Shown in pieces: positions 18,709 through 28,845 of a DNA stretch of 64,000 bases. The translations under genes and the position numbers were made by a program. Position 1 is the first letter of the stretch. Each line of letters starts with the position of its first letter. This DNA is from a virus, in IMG/VR virus record IMGVR_UViG_3300006947_000003, positions 58,451 through 122,450 of that record. The stretch is one strand, 5' to 3'. A model generated the notes under the pieces. It searched no databases, was not told where the DNA came from, and was given only the letters and a program-made list of their open reading frames with translations.

Positions 18709-18927
18709 TTACATTAGTGGAAGTTTTGAGCTCTCAGTATTTTTGATATTTTGTTTGATTATTTCGTGTATTTGTTCACGTTCAGATGGTGATAGTGCCA
18801 TAGCTTCGGTATACGATATGCCACCTCGCATATACCAAGTTGTCTCCAACAAATCTTTTTGTAAGGCTTTTGACTCATTGTCAAAACTTTGGAGTAATTT
18901 GACAATGTTGTCATTGTCTAGTGCCAA
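18709..18927 (-). CDS. Small baseplate/tail assembly protein; probable -1 frameshift extension of the upstream gene
   Basis: WYMRGGISYTEAMALSPSERE motif; only a TTG start with no clear RBS; frame is open back through a TTTTTTC site. Confidence 0.6.
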   Translation of the reverse strand: MALDNDNIVKLLQSFDNESKALQKDLLETTWYMRGGISYTEAMALSPSEREQIHEIIKQNIKNTESSKLPLM

Positions 18928-18932
18928 AAGCC

Positions 18933-19859
18933 TTATCCGAAAAAAGTTGAGTTGTCAATAGTAAACGGTTGCGACCATTTCTCCCCACAAGGGGTATTGA
19001 CACCTTCTAAATCAGTAGCACCATCACACTCGAATTGAATAGGTTTGATGGTTGATTGATTCTTATTCTCTTCTAAATGTTCTTTAATACTATTGTATAT
19101 ACTTCGATCACAGTTTGCTACAAATTCTTTTAGTTGTTGCCGATCAGTAACAACTGTGCTGTCTGGCAATTCGATTTTAAGAATTGCCTCTGATAAAATA
19201 CCAACTGAATATACAGTTAATCTAACAAACGCATCTTGAAACTTGTCAATACGATCTTGTTCAGTCATGCCGTCGTCAGTAGCAATACCTTGTATTAGTC
19301 GTTGCTGTTCAAAGTTCTTAATAGCTTCTTTAGTAACTGCTTCGTATGTTAATGGTTGAAAGTATATCTTTAAATCACTAACATTAATTAATGGCTTATA
19401 TGATGGTACTGTAACCCTCTCTATAATAGTTTTAAGATCTAGTTCAAACTCGTTTTCTTCGCTACATTTAGGACACACACCTTTAAGTGTTGTTGTTTCG
19501 CCATATGTAGCAATTCTAATACTAACAAGAATCATGTCAACATCTAATGCACAGACTTTCCAGGCATTTTTAATTCCTGGAATACAACTTTGAATAACTT
19601 CAACAGTAGTAGCACCGTTCATTAATGCGTCTGGTGTTCTCATTAGAATTTCGTCTTTAGCTGTCATTGGATAAACAGCCAATTCTCCGTTAACTGGAAT
19701 TTCAATTTCATCCGGTGTATTAAATTCACCTTTGCTTGGCAATGAAATATAAAGTGCCGGTCTACGAAAATATGCTTGTAATGGATTAACCGGTGTTTCC
19801 GGTTTTGTTACCTTAGTTGCCATTTCTGGAACTTTATTATTTGTTTCTATAGTACTCAT
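18933..19859 (-). CDS. gp26: Baseplate hub assembly chaperone (gp26/gp51-like)
   Basis: NPLQAYFRRPALYISLPSKG, PMTAKDEI..TPDALMNG, IRIATYG, CPKC. Start moved to ATG 19859 (GGAGG RBS). Confidence 0.7.
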   Translation of the reverse strand: MSTIETNNKVPEMATKVTKPETPVNPLQAYFRRPALYISLPSKGEFNTPDEIEIPVNGELAVYPMTAKDEILMRTPDALMNGATTVEVIQSCIPGIKNAWKVCALDVDMILVSIRIATYGETTTLKGVCPKCSEENEFELDLKTIIERVTVPSYKPLINVSDLKIYFQPLTYEAVTKEAIKNFEQQRLIQGIATDDGMTEQDRIDKFQDAFVRLTVYSVGILSEAILKIELPDSTVVTDRQQLKEFVANCDRSIYNSIKEHLEENKNQSTIKPIQFECDGATDLEGVNTPCGEKWSQPFTIDNSTFFG

Positions 19860-19937
19860 GAATTTTCCTCCGCTAAATACAATATAATAGTAGTTAGTCA
19901 TATTATTTATATGAGTATATAATGGTGAAATGAAAAC

Positions 19938-22835
19938 ATGGCAATAAGAATTAATACAGAAGATAATGAAATTATAGTCAGTGATGTAGCAACAGAAGAC
20001 ACTCTACTGGAACTACTAAAAGCAGTTGAAGGCCTTAAGAAAAAAGGTAACAACACTACTGACGCATCGAAACAAGCAAAAAATACCGGCGAAAAACTTG
20101 AAAAACTCGCCAAATCTGTAGATAAACAAACAATTACGTTAACTGACTGGGCTGGAAATATGGATGACGCCTCTGCAGACTTGTCTGCCGATATGGCTGC
20201 AAGGAGTAAAGCAGTAGCTGGCGCTTTGGGCAAAGTTGTAAAAAATACAGGTAATGTAATAAGTGATCTTATAAGAGGCCCGGCTAGTTTTGAATCACTA
20301 GGTAGGGCAATTCAGCAAGGTGCTGGGTTCTTAGGTGACGGATTAGGAGCCGCTGCAGACAGTATATCAGTTTTAGGCACTAAACTGCCAGGTGTAGGTG
20401 CTGGACTATCGATGGTTGGTGCCGCCGCAGGCGCGGCCGCAATGGCTATTGCCGCATATGCTCAAAATATGTATGACGGATTTATAGCATTAAGTCAAAG
20501 TGGAGCAAATTACAACGGTGACATAGTTAGGACAGCTGGCCAGGTACAGGGGTTAGGCATAACAATGAATGCCTTTACTCAGATTGTTCAACAAAATGCA
20601 GCCGGACTAGCAAACTTTGGCGGAACAGTTTCAGCTGGTGCCAAACGATTTGTAGAATTAGCAGATGTAATGCATGGGAAATTTGGTGGTGAGCTGTATG
20701 CTTTAGGTATCACATTTGACGAACAAGCAGAGCAAATGGCTAAGTTTACTCAAACACAATCGAGAAATACAAATTTTCAAAATTTGAGTTATGCTCAACA
20801 AAGTGTTCTCTTTAAAGATTATATAACAGACTTAACTAAGTTAACAGGACTCACAGGCAAGAGCAGACAGCAACTATCAGAAGAACTAGCACAGAACGAT
20901 TTAAGAGCTGATGCTAATTTGCGATTGGGTGGTGCTACAGTTGAGGCACGAAAAGCATTGGAAATGGCATTTAGTGCCTCAGGCGGACAAGATTCGGCCA
21001 TTTCACAATTGTTAATGGCAGGTATTGCAGGTAAAGATTTAGCCCAAGAAATGGCCGCTGGCAACACAACAATTAAGAATTTTGTAGCTGGTAACAGTGA
21101 AGCGGCTAAAAAGATACGCGACTTAGGTGATGCTGTAGCAACAGGAAAAATAACACAAGACGAATTTCACAAGCAAATGGCCGCTATAACACCGGCTATT
21201 GAACGAAGTGGCAAAGAATTTCAATCATTATACGGTATAAATGATGTTGCTACTACTATGACAGAAGCAGGTTCTAGTGTTCAGAAGTATAATGTTCAAA
21301 TTGAACAACTAAGGAAAGCAGAAGCTGATGGAATAGACACTACAACTAAATCAGCAGAAGGCGCCGGTGGTGCCATTATGGACCTTTCTGCACAGTTAGT
21401 ATCAGCTACATCTAGTATTAAGTCTGGTGTTAATACTGGAATAGCAGATTTTGTTGAATCTATGGGTTTCTCAGATGCTAAAGACTTAGGCGCCAAAATT
21501 CAAGGTAGTATTGATAAGTTTGGCACGATGGCTGACTTAATAATTGACGCATTTTCGGACTTTTACACACAGTTTAGTATAGTTGCCGCGGCACCGTGGG
21601 ACTACTTATTAGGTGGCACAAGTACAAAAGAATTACGAAGCCAAGCATCAGGGCATATAGAGAGATTGGGATTAGGCGACACTATAACCCCGGACTTTAT
21701 TAGCAGTTTGTCAGGTGAGGATGCTACAGCATTAATAAAAGGCTCCCTTCAGGGTAAAGACCAAGCGTTAGCGACCTACGAAGCCATTAAAACACGAAAA
21801 GGCGAGGAAATTGCAGTAGAGAAAGAAGAGATCGTTAAGGCTTCAACTCTGGGTAACGTAGAAACTGATAGCAATACTCTTACTACAGAGCAAATAGAAG
21901 CTGACCTCAATCTGAAGAAAACAGGTAACGTTGACGCTAACGGAACTTCTGCTACTACGGGTAACGTTGCCACTTCAGGAAGTGAAGTTACTTTAGAAGC
22001 TGACCTCAATCTGAAGAAAACAGGTAACGTTGACGCTAAAGGAACTTCTGCTACTACGGGTAACGTTGCCACTTCAGGAAGTGAAGTTACTTCTTCTACA
22101 CCTTCGTTTAACGCTGATAGTTATAGTGATTTGTTTAGTCAGAAACCTCTAGAAAATGGTGTAATATTACCAAACGGTAATATTCAAATGGAAGCATACG
22201 GTCACGATTCGCCTATAGCTTCTATGCTAACTCAGTGGTCTAATGCTACTAACGGCTTAGGTACCGGATCGGCGTACCAATATGCCGCACATCAGTTTGC
22301 AAATAATGTATCAGATTTGATGGGAGACAATGACGGTATAATGCCTGACAGCATGTCAGCAACAATCGCCGAAATGCAGAAAATATTTAATACAAACGAC
22401 ATTGGATTAGCGGCTGACGGATTTGAAGGAATGCTAGGAAAGAGCGGCAAGCTACAAGACTTGTGGCACATACGGTCGATGATAAACAACAGAATATCAA
22501 GTAACGGCCTAACTCCACCGTTTAAGCAATATGGCGGAGCTGTCGGAATGGGCAATCCATATATTGTTGGCGAGCGTGGCTCTGAATTATTTACACCAAG
22601 CGCCGGCGGCACTATAACACCTAATGAGGAACTGTCAACAGCACAACATTCTGAAAATATATATAAAGCCTTAAAAGAAAGCAATAAAATTAATGAAGGA
22701 ATAGAAAATAAAATATCTAAAAATGCTGAATTATATGCTAGTCTTACTAGCGAACAAATTGATAAGTTAAATACGTTAATTAAATTAACTACAACAGGAA
22801 ACAAGATAGCAAATACGATATCAGCTAATTCGTAG
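19938..22835 (+). CDS. Tail tape measure protein
   Basis: 965 aa, Ala/Gly-rich helical; C-terminal GGAVGMGNPYIVGERGSELFTP..GTITPN motif typical of tape measure proteins. Confidence 0.7.
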   Translation: MAIRINTEDNEIIVSDVATEDTLLELLKAVEGLKKKGNNTTDASKQAKNTGEKLEKLAKSVDKQTITLTDWAGNMDDASADLSADMAARSKAVAGALGKVVKNTGNVISDLIRGPASFESLGRAIQQGAGFLGDGLGAAADSISVLGTKLPGVGAGLSMVGAAAGAAAMAIAAYAQNMYDGFIALSQSGANYNGDIVRTAGQVQGLGITMNAFTQIVQQNAAGLANFGGTVSAGAKRFVELADVMHGKFGGELYALGITFDEQAEQMAKFTQTQSRNTNFQNLSYAQQSVLFKDYITDLTKLTGLTGKSRQQLSEELAQNDLRADANLRLGGATVEARKALEMAFSASGGQDSAISQLLMAGIAGKDLAQEMAAGNTTIKNFVAGNSEAAKKIRDLGDAVATGKITQDEFHKQMAAITPAIERSGKEFQSLYGINDVATTMTEAGSSVQKYNVQIEQLRKAEADGIDTTTKSAEGAGGAIMDLSAQLVSATSSIKSGVNTGIADFVESMGFSDAKDLGAKIQGSIDKFGTMADLIIDAFSDFYTQFSIVAAAPWDYLLGGTSTKELRSQASGHIERLGLGDTITPDFISSLSGEDATALIKGSLQGKDQALATYEAIKTRKGEEIAVEKEEIVKASTLGNVETDSNTLTTEQIEADLNLKKTGNVDANGTSATTGNVATSGSEVTLEADLNLKKTGNVDAKGTSATTGNVATSGSEVTSSTPSFNADSYSDLFSQKPLENGVILPNGNIQMEAYGHDSPIASMLTQWSNATNGLGTGSAYQYAAHQFANNVSDLMGDNDGIMPDSMSATIAEMQKIFNTNDIGLAADGFEGMLGKSGKLQDLWHIRSMINNRISSNGLTPPFKQYGGAVGMGNPYIVGERGSELFTPSAGGTITPNEELSTAQHSENIYKALKESNKINEGIENKISKNAELYASLTSEQIDKLNTLIKLTTTGNKIANTISANS
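21895..22092 (+). repeat. 99-bp in-frame tandem duplication inside the tape measure gene
   Basis: 21895-21993 and 21994-22092 differ at one position (AAC vs AAA). Confidence 0.9.
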
Positions 22836-22906
22836 TATATTAAACCAAGATAATTTAACCGTGGTTTAATATGTACTAAATAGCAGTATATAATAGGAAA
22901 AAGAAT

Positions 22907-24574
22907 ATGGGTTGGAAAAAATATTTTAAAACAGTAGATACGGGCAGTCTTAGTCCATTAAGCGGAAAAGGCTCAAAACCTGATATGGGTTTTAAGAATT
23001 ACCAAAGTCAACTTCCGGAAGTGTATATTGGTCATCCAAACAGGATTGAAAGATACACTCAATACGAATCTATGGATATGGATTCTGAAGTTAACACAGC
23101 AATTGATATTTTAGCAGAATTTTGTACAATGAAGTCACCAGAAAATGGTACTCCATTTACTTTTAATTTTAAAGAAAGCCCTACAGAAACAGAAGTAAAA
23201 GTTTTAAGTGAACAACTTAAAAATTGGAACAGTTTAAACGATTTTAACAAACGAATTTTTAAAGTGTTTCGTAATGTATTAAAGTACGGCGATCAAACAT
23301 TCATTAGAGACCCAGAAACATTTGAATGGTTTTGGGTAGAGCCGCAAAACGTAACAAAAGTTGTAGTTAATGAAGCAAAGGGTAAAAAACCAGAAGTTTA
23401 TATATTAAAAGATCTTGCCCCCAACTTTGAAAACTTAACAGTTACAGCACCTCAACACACAGAAACAGCAAACATGTCGCCTAGTTCGACTACGGGGTCT
23501 AACAACGGTGGACATTACAGCGGCAGACAGACAGAAACTACTGAAAACTCCATAGACGCAGAAAATGTTGTACATTTAAGTTTAACAGAAGGCTTAGATG
23601 CTAACTGGCCCTTTGGTACAAGTGTATTAGAAAATATATTTAAGGTATACAAGCAAAAAGAATTACTAGAAGATGCTATTATTATATACAGGGTACAACG
23701 AGCGCCAGAGCGTAGAGTATTTTATATTGACGTAGGTAACATGCCAACACATATGGCAATGGGCTATGTTGAAAGAGTTAAAAACGAAATTCATCAAAGA
23801 CGAATCCCAACATCAACAGGTGGCGGACAAAGTATGATGGATGCTACTTATAATCCGTTATCAATTAATGAAGATTATTTCTTCCCTCAAACAGCAGAAG
23901 GCAGAGGTTCTAAAGTTGAAACATTACCAGGTGGAGAAAACCTTGGTGAGATATCAGACTTAAAATACTTTACTAATAAGTTGTACAGAGGATTAAGAAT
24001 ACCAGCAACATATCTACCTACATCAGGTGATGATGCTACTAATACAGTAGCAGACGGTAAAGTAGGCGTAGCATTAATACAAGAACATAGATTTAATCAG
24101 TATTGTATGCGGTTACAAAGTTTAGTAGCTAGTACCTTTGACGATGAATTTAAATTGTTTTTACGTTGGAGAGGAGTTAACATTGATAATTCGATCTTTG
24201 ACATTGAACTTAACGAGCCTCAAAACTTTGCTAGTTACAGACAAAGTGACATAGATGCTAGTAGAATTAGTAACTTTACTCAAATGGAAGGTGTCCCGTA
24301 TATTAGTAAAAGGTTTGCTTTAGAACGATTCTTAGGCTTAACTGAAGAAGAAATGAAAGATAATGATATAATGTGGCGAGAAGAACAAGGTGATTCAGAA
24401 AACTTACTAGGCGGTAAATCTCTTAGAAGTGCTGGAATTACACCAGGCGGATTAGGCGCTGACATAGATTCTTTAGGTGATCCTGGAGATTTAGGTGGAG
24501 AAGAAGGCGACGATTTAGGTGGAGAAGAAGGCGGCGACGCTGACTCAGGAGCAGAAGAGGATATATCGATTTAA
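22907..24574 (+). CDS. gp20: Portal vertex protein
   Basis: LLEDAIIIYRVQRAPERRVFYIDVGNMP, EDYFFP..GRGSKVETLPGGENLGEISDLKYF. Confidence 0.95.
   Translation: MGWKKYFKTVDTGSLSPLSGKGSKPDMGFKNYQSQLPEVYIGHPNRIERYTQYESMDMDSEVNTAIDILAEFCTMKSPENGTPFTFNFKESPTETEVKVLSEQLKNWNSLNDFNKRIFKVFRNVLKYGDQTFIRDPETFEWFWVEPQNVTKVVVNEAKGKKPEVYILKDLAPNFENLTVTAPQHTETANMSPSSTTGSNNGGHYSGRQTETTENSIDAENVVHLSLTEGLDANWPFGTSVLENIFKVYKQKELLEDAIIIYRVQRAPERRVFYIDVGNMPTHMAMGYVERVKNEIHQRRIPTSTGGGQSMMDATYNPLSINEDYFFPQTAEGRGSKVETLPGGENLGEISDLKYFTNKLYRGLRIPATYLPTSGDDATNTVADGKVGVALIQEHRFNQYCMRLQSLVASTFDDEFKLFLRWRGVNIDNSIFDIELNEPQNFASYRQSDIDASRISNFTQMEGVPYISKRFALERFLGLTEEEMKDNDIMWREEQGDSENLLGGKSLRSAGITPGGLGADIDSLGDPGDLGGEEGDDLGGEEGGDADSGAEEDISI
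24488..24533 (+). repeat. 24-bp period direct repeat (DLGGEEG x2) in the acidic portal tail
   Basis: gatttaggtggagaagaaggcg at 24488 and 24512. Confidence 0.75.
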
Positions 24575-24602
24575 ATTTTATTGAAATCGATTAAATACAA
24601 GT

Positions 24603-24833
24603 ATGAAATTATTCGAATTAAACCAAGATCAAAACGATCAAAAAGATTTTTATAATGCTGAAAATGACCAAAGCATTTTAGTACAAGGTAATACTCGTAA
24701 GAGTAAACTGACACTAGGTCAAATTAACGGCTTGAGAAAGATGTATGATGCTAAAAAGTTTGAAAAATCAAAAATGATAGAAAAAATTAAGGCACAATAC
24801 GGGCAAGAAAACTCAGGCAACGACGAATTATAA
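24603..24833 (+). CDS. Small conserved prohead-region protein
   Basis: Between portal and core genes, behind a TTAAATA box; TRKSKLTLGQINGLRKM. Confidence 0.55.
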   Translation: MKLFELNQDQNDQKDFYNAENDQSILVQGNTRKSKLTLGQINGLRKMYDAKKFEKSKMIEKIKAQYGQENSGNDEL

Positions 24834-24978
24834 CCCCAGGCAACTAATAAATTAAAACGTGTTACATATTTCACCAAAAGGTGCGATTATCTGACGTTTT
24901 AACGAATTAAACTAGCATATTTGTAAATACTATTACGAAAATGCGCCATATCTCGTGTATTAACAAGGAGTTCAAAAC

Positions 24979-25848
24979 ATGAACAACAAATGGAAATCAC
25001 TTATTGAACTAGTAGTCAATGAGGAAGAAGACAAAGCAAAAGACCTCTTTCATGAGATCGCTGTTGATGAGTCTCGTAAAATTTACGAAAACTTAATCGA
25101 CGAAGAAGATCTTGCTGATATCGACGAAGCGTCAGAAGAAGACGAAGTTGATGAAGCGAAAGAAGTAGACGAAACAGAAGAAACAGTTGAAGAAGCAACT
25201 GACGAAGAAGTAGATGAAGCAAAGGACGAAGTTGAAGAAGACTTCTCTAGAGATCAAACTGCTGATTTTGTAGATGACATTAAAGCTGATGAAATTGGCA
25301 TGGGCGAAGACGATGACGAAGGTGAAGATCCTGAAGCAGACGCTGGCGACATGGCTGACGACATGGGTTTAGATGCAGGCGAAGAAGAAATGGATCCGGA
25401 AGACGCTGAGCGTATGGAAGATGAAATTTTAGACCTTCAAACTGCAATCGACGATTTAAGATCAGAATTTGAAGCAATGACTGGTGATGAAGAAGCACCT
25501 GCAGACGGTGAAATGGACATGGAACCTGAGATGGAACCAGAGATGGAACCAGAGATGGAACCTGAATTAGCACCTGAAGAATCTGTACGTTACGAAAGTG
25601 ACGACGTTGAAGAAGCTGAAGAAGTTGTAGAATACACAAAAAATGTGTCTGCTCCAACAAACTCTGAAGGCGGAGACGGATCATCTGGACCAGTTGCAAA
25701 GCAACAAAAGGGCGGACTAACTACACCTAAGAAAGATGAAACAGGTGGAAAAGTTTCAGCTCCTAAAGTTAGTGATGCTGGTAATGTAAACACAAAGGGC
25801 GGCGGCAAACATAAATTGTCTCCAGCACCTAAGCCAGTAACAAAATAA
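24979..25848 (+). CDS. Highly acidic prohead core/scaffold protein (gp67/68-like position)
   Basis: Glu/Asp-rich, AAGGAG RBS, between portal and protease. Confidence 0.6.
   Translation: MNNKWKSLIELVVNEEEDKAKDLFHEIAVDESRKIYENLIDEEDLADIDEASEEDEVDEAKEVDETEETVEEATDEEVDEAKDEVEEDFSRDQTADFVDDIKADEIGMGEDDDEGEDPEADAGDMADDMGLDAGEEEMDPEDAERMEDEILDLQTAIDDLRSEFEAMTGDEEAPADGEMDMEPEMEPEMEPEMEPELAPEESVRYESDDVEEAEEVVEYTKNVSAPTNSEGGDGSSGPVAKQQKGGLTTPKKDETGGKVSAPKVSDAGNVNTKGGGKHKLSPAPKPVTK
25519..25566 (+). repeat. 12-bp tandem repeat x4 encoding MEPE
   Basis: atggaacc(t/a)ga(g/a) four times. Confidence 0.85.
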
Positions 25849-25860
25849 GGATTATAGGAA

Positions 25861-26493
25861 ATGAGACCTTTACTACAAGAAAACTTAACGTTCGATCAAG
25901 CGAATCTAATTATAGAATCTGCTAACGACGGCAAGGACTTGTATATGAAAGGGATTTGTATACAAGGCGGGGTAAAAAACGCTAACGAACGTGTATATCC
26001 TGTAAACGAAATTGCTTCGGCAGTAAAAACATTGAATGATCAGATCACAACGGGCAATAGTGTCCTTGGAGAAGTAGACCATCCGGAAGGGTTACAAGTT
26101 AACCTAGATCGAGTATGCCATATGGTAGAAAGTATGTGGATGGATGGTCCAAACGGATTTGGTAAATTAAAGATTCTCCCAACACCTATGGGACAACTAG
26201 TGAAAACTATGTTAGATAGTGGTGTAAAATTGGGAGTAAGCAGTCGCGGAAGCGGCAACGTCAATGAAGCCACCGGACAGGTGAGCGAATTCGAGATAGT
26301 CACAATAGATGTTGTGGCACAACCTTCTGCACCTAATGCTTATCCTACAGCAATATACGAAGGACTTTTGAACATGAAACATGGTCATAGAGTTTTAGAA
26401 ATTGCCAAAGATGCACAGCATGATACTAAGGTACAGAGGTATTTAAAGGATGAAGTACTTAAACTCATCCAAGACTTAAAAGTAAGGAGTTGA
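25861..26493 (+). CDS. gp21: Prohead core protease
   Basis: KNANERVYP, LGEVDHP, TPMGQLV, GVSSRGSG, DVVAQPSAPNAY. Confidence 0.95.
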   Translation: MRPLLQENLTFDQANLIIESANDGKDLYMKGICIQGGVKNANERVYPVNEIASAVKTLNDQITTGNSVLGEVDHPEGLQVNLDRVCHMVESMWMDGPNGFGKLKILPTPMGQLVKTMLDSGVKLGVSSRGSGNVNEATGQVSEFEIVTIDVVAQPSAPNAYPTAIYEGLLNMKHGHRVLEIAKDAQHDTKVQRYLKDEVLKLIQDLKVRS

Positions 26494-26498
26494 CCAAT

Positions 26499-27581
26499 AT
26501 GTTAGACGTCATCAAACCATTGCTTGATAGTGATCTAGTAAATGAGGAAACTCGTAATCAGATTACTGAAGCTTGGGATACCAAGTTGCAGGAAATCCGT
26601 GAAGAAGTTACTCAGGATCTACGCGAAGAATTCGCTGGTCGTTATGAGCATGATAAACAAACAATGGTTGAGGCTCTCGATAGAATGGTTACAGAAAATC
26701 TTAGTGTTGAAATTAAGCAAGTAGTTGCTGAAAAGAAAGCACTAGCAGAGGACCGTGTTAAATTAAACACAACGATGAATGAGTCTGCTGAAAAGTTTAA
26801 TAATTTCCTAGTTAAGAAATTAGCTGAAGAAATTAGCGAACTTAGAAGCGACCGTAAGTCACAGTCTGTGACAATAGAAAAACTTGAACAGTTTGTAATT
26901 AATAATCTTGCTGAAGAAATTAGCGAGTTTCATAAAGACAAGAAAGACGTCATTGAAACGAAAGTTAAGCTAGTTGCTGAAGCGAAGGATCAATTAGATT
27001 CTCTTAAGAAGAAATTCATAGAGAAATCAAGCAAACTTGTAAAAGAAGCTGTAACTGGCACTTTAAGAGAAGAACTTTCTCAACTAAAAGAAGACATTAA
27101 ACAAGCTCGTACAAATAACTTTGGACGCAAATTGTTTGAAACATTCGCCGCTGAATACTCTACTAGTTACTTGAATGAAAATCAAGAAATGAAAGAGCTA
27201 GAGGCAGTGATTGTTGCTAAAGACAAGCAATTAAAAGAAGTTACTGAGAAATCAGAAGCATCTGCTACTGAAGTTAAAGTCCAAACGGCAAAAATTGGAC
27301 GTATAAACGAAGGAATCGAAAGAAAAGCTAAAATTGACAGTTTACTAAAGCCACTTGCTTACAAGCAGGCTGACGTAATGACAAGTTTGCTTGAAAGCGT
27401 CAAAACTGATAAACTACAATCAGCGTATGACAAATATTTGCCAGCAGTACTAAAGAACGAAGCTCCGAAAAAAGAAGTTTTAGCGGAATCTCGTAAAGAA
27501 GTTACTGGAAATAAAACTAAACACAGCCTAACAGATGCAGAAGATAATATCATTCTTCTTCAAAAGTTAGCTGGAATGTAA
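26499..27581 (+). CDS. gp22: Prohead core scaffold protein
   Basis: Coiled-coil protein between gp21 and gp23; ATG 26499 follows AAGGAG. Confidence 0.8.
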   Translation: MLDVIKPLLDSDLVNEETRNQITEAWDTKLQEIREEVTQDLREEFAGRYEHDKQTMVEALDRMVTENLSVEIKQVVAEKKALAEDRVKLNTTMNESAEKFNNFLVKKLAEEISELRSDRKSQSVTIEKLEQFVINNLAEEISEFHKDKKDVIETKVKLVAEAKDQLDSLKKKFIEKSSKLVKEAVTGTLREELSQLKEDIKQARTNNFGRKLFETFAAEYSTSYLNENQEMKELEAVIVAKDKQLKEVTEKSEASATEVKVQTAKIGRINEGIERKAKIDSLLKPLAYKQADVMTSLLESVKTDKLQSAYDKYLPAVLKNEAPKKEVLAESRKEVTGNKTKHSLTDAEDNIILLQKLAGM

Positions 27582-27599
27582 CTAAAAGGAGACATAAAA

Positions 27600-28769
27600 A
27601 TGTCAGATACATTAATTGAAAGCCGTTGGGATGATACTAAATCGGCACTTATGGAAGGCTTGCAAGGTAAAGCTAAGACTACCATGGGCGTTGTTCTAGA
27701 GAACACCCGTAACTACTTAAAAGAGGCTGCAACTGCTGGCGCTACATCAGCCGGCAACGTAGCAACTTTAAATCGTGTGATACTACCAGTAATCAGACGT
27801 GTAATGCCTACTGTGATCGCGAACGAAATCGTTGGTGTTCAGCCAATGCAAGGTCCAGTTGGTCAAATTCATACTCTTAGAGTAAGATATGCTGATGCTT
27901 CTTCAGGCGCTACTACAGTGACTGCAGGCGACGAAGCATTAAGCCCGTTCAAAATTGCTGAGCAATATTCAGGTAACGATAGTTCACCTGGCGCAGGCTC
28001 AAGCACAGCAACTTTAGAAGGTGCTCCAGGTAAGAAATTGAACATCCAGATTTTAAAGCAACCAGTTGAAGCTAAGACAAGAAAACTTTCAGCTCGTTGG
28101 ACTTTTGAATCAGCTCAAGATGCTCAGTCAATGCATGGAATCGACGTTGAAGCAGAAATTATGGCTGCTTTGGCTCAAGAAATTACCGCTGAGATCGACC
28201 AAGAAGTTCTTACTTCTCTTAGATCTTTGGCTGCTACTGAAGAAACTTTCAATCAAGCGGCTGTAAGTGGTACTGCTACTTATGTTGGTGATGAGCATGC
28301 CGCTCTAGCTGTTTTAATTAACAGAGTTGCTAACAAAATTGCACAAAGAACAAGACGTGGTTCTGGTAACTGGGCTGTGGTTTCTCCACAAGCTCTTACT
28401 GTACTACAATCAGCATCAACTTCAGCGTTCGCAAGAACAACTGAAGGTACGTTTGAAGCTCCAACAAACAATAAGTTTGTAGGTACTTTGAATGGCGCTA
28501 TGAAAATCTACGTAGACACTTATGCCGCTGATTCTTCAGCTGTGCTAGTTGGTTACAAAGGTTCTTCAGAAGCTGATGCGGCTGCGTTCTATTGCCCATA
28601 CGTTCCTCTTATGTCTTCAGGTGTTGTTTTAGACCCTGATACATTAGAACCAGTTGTTGGCTTTATGACAAGATACGGATATGTTGAGTTAACTAACACA
28701 GCATCTTCACTTGGTAATGCAGGCGACTACTTAGGCGAAATTGCAATGTCAAACATTAGCTTTAGCTAA
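27600..28769 (+). CDS. gp23: Major capsid protein
   Basis: RRVMPTVIANEIVGVQPMQGPVGQI, AKTRKLSARWTFESAQD, YCPYVPL, GFMTRYG. Confidence 0.97.
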   Translation: MSDTLIESRWDDTKSALMEGLQGKAKTTMGVVLENTRNYLKEAATAGATSAGNVATLNRVILPVIRRVMPTVIANEIVGVQPMQGPVGQIHTLRVRYADASSGATTVTAGDEALSPFKIAEQYSGNDSSPGAGSSTATLEGAPGKKLNIQILKQPVEAKTRKLSARWTFESAQDAQSMHGIDVEAEIMAALAQEITAEIDQEVLTSLRSLAATEETFNQAAVSGTATYVGDEHAALAVLINRVANKIAQRTRRGSGNWAVVSPQALTVLQSASTSAFARTTEGTFEAPTNNKFVGTLNGAMKIYVDTYAADSSAVLVGYKGSSEADAAAFYCPYVPLMSSGVVLDPDTLEPVVGFMTRYGYVELTNTASSLGNAGDYLGEIAMSNISFS

Positions 28770-28797
28770 TCACTGATGTAGTATTTTTTACTATTTT

Positions 28798-28826
28798 AAG
28801 AAAGGGTCTTAGGACCCTTTCTTTTT
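28798..28826 (+). terminator. Rho-independent terminator after gp23
   Basis: AAGAAAGGGTC-TTAG-GACCCTTTCTT followed by T run. Confidence 0.85.
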
Positions 28827-28845
28827 GACTGCTATAAATATTAAT

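Noticed and set aside
21895-22092. Diversity-generating retroelement template/variable repeat pair
   Set aside because: Copies are adjacent, in frame and differ at a single site; no reverse transcriptase in the window.
25519-25566. MEPE microsatellite as a phase-variation switch
   Set aside because: The 12-bp unit keeps the frame; it is ordinary low-complexity sequence in an acidic core protein.
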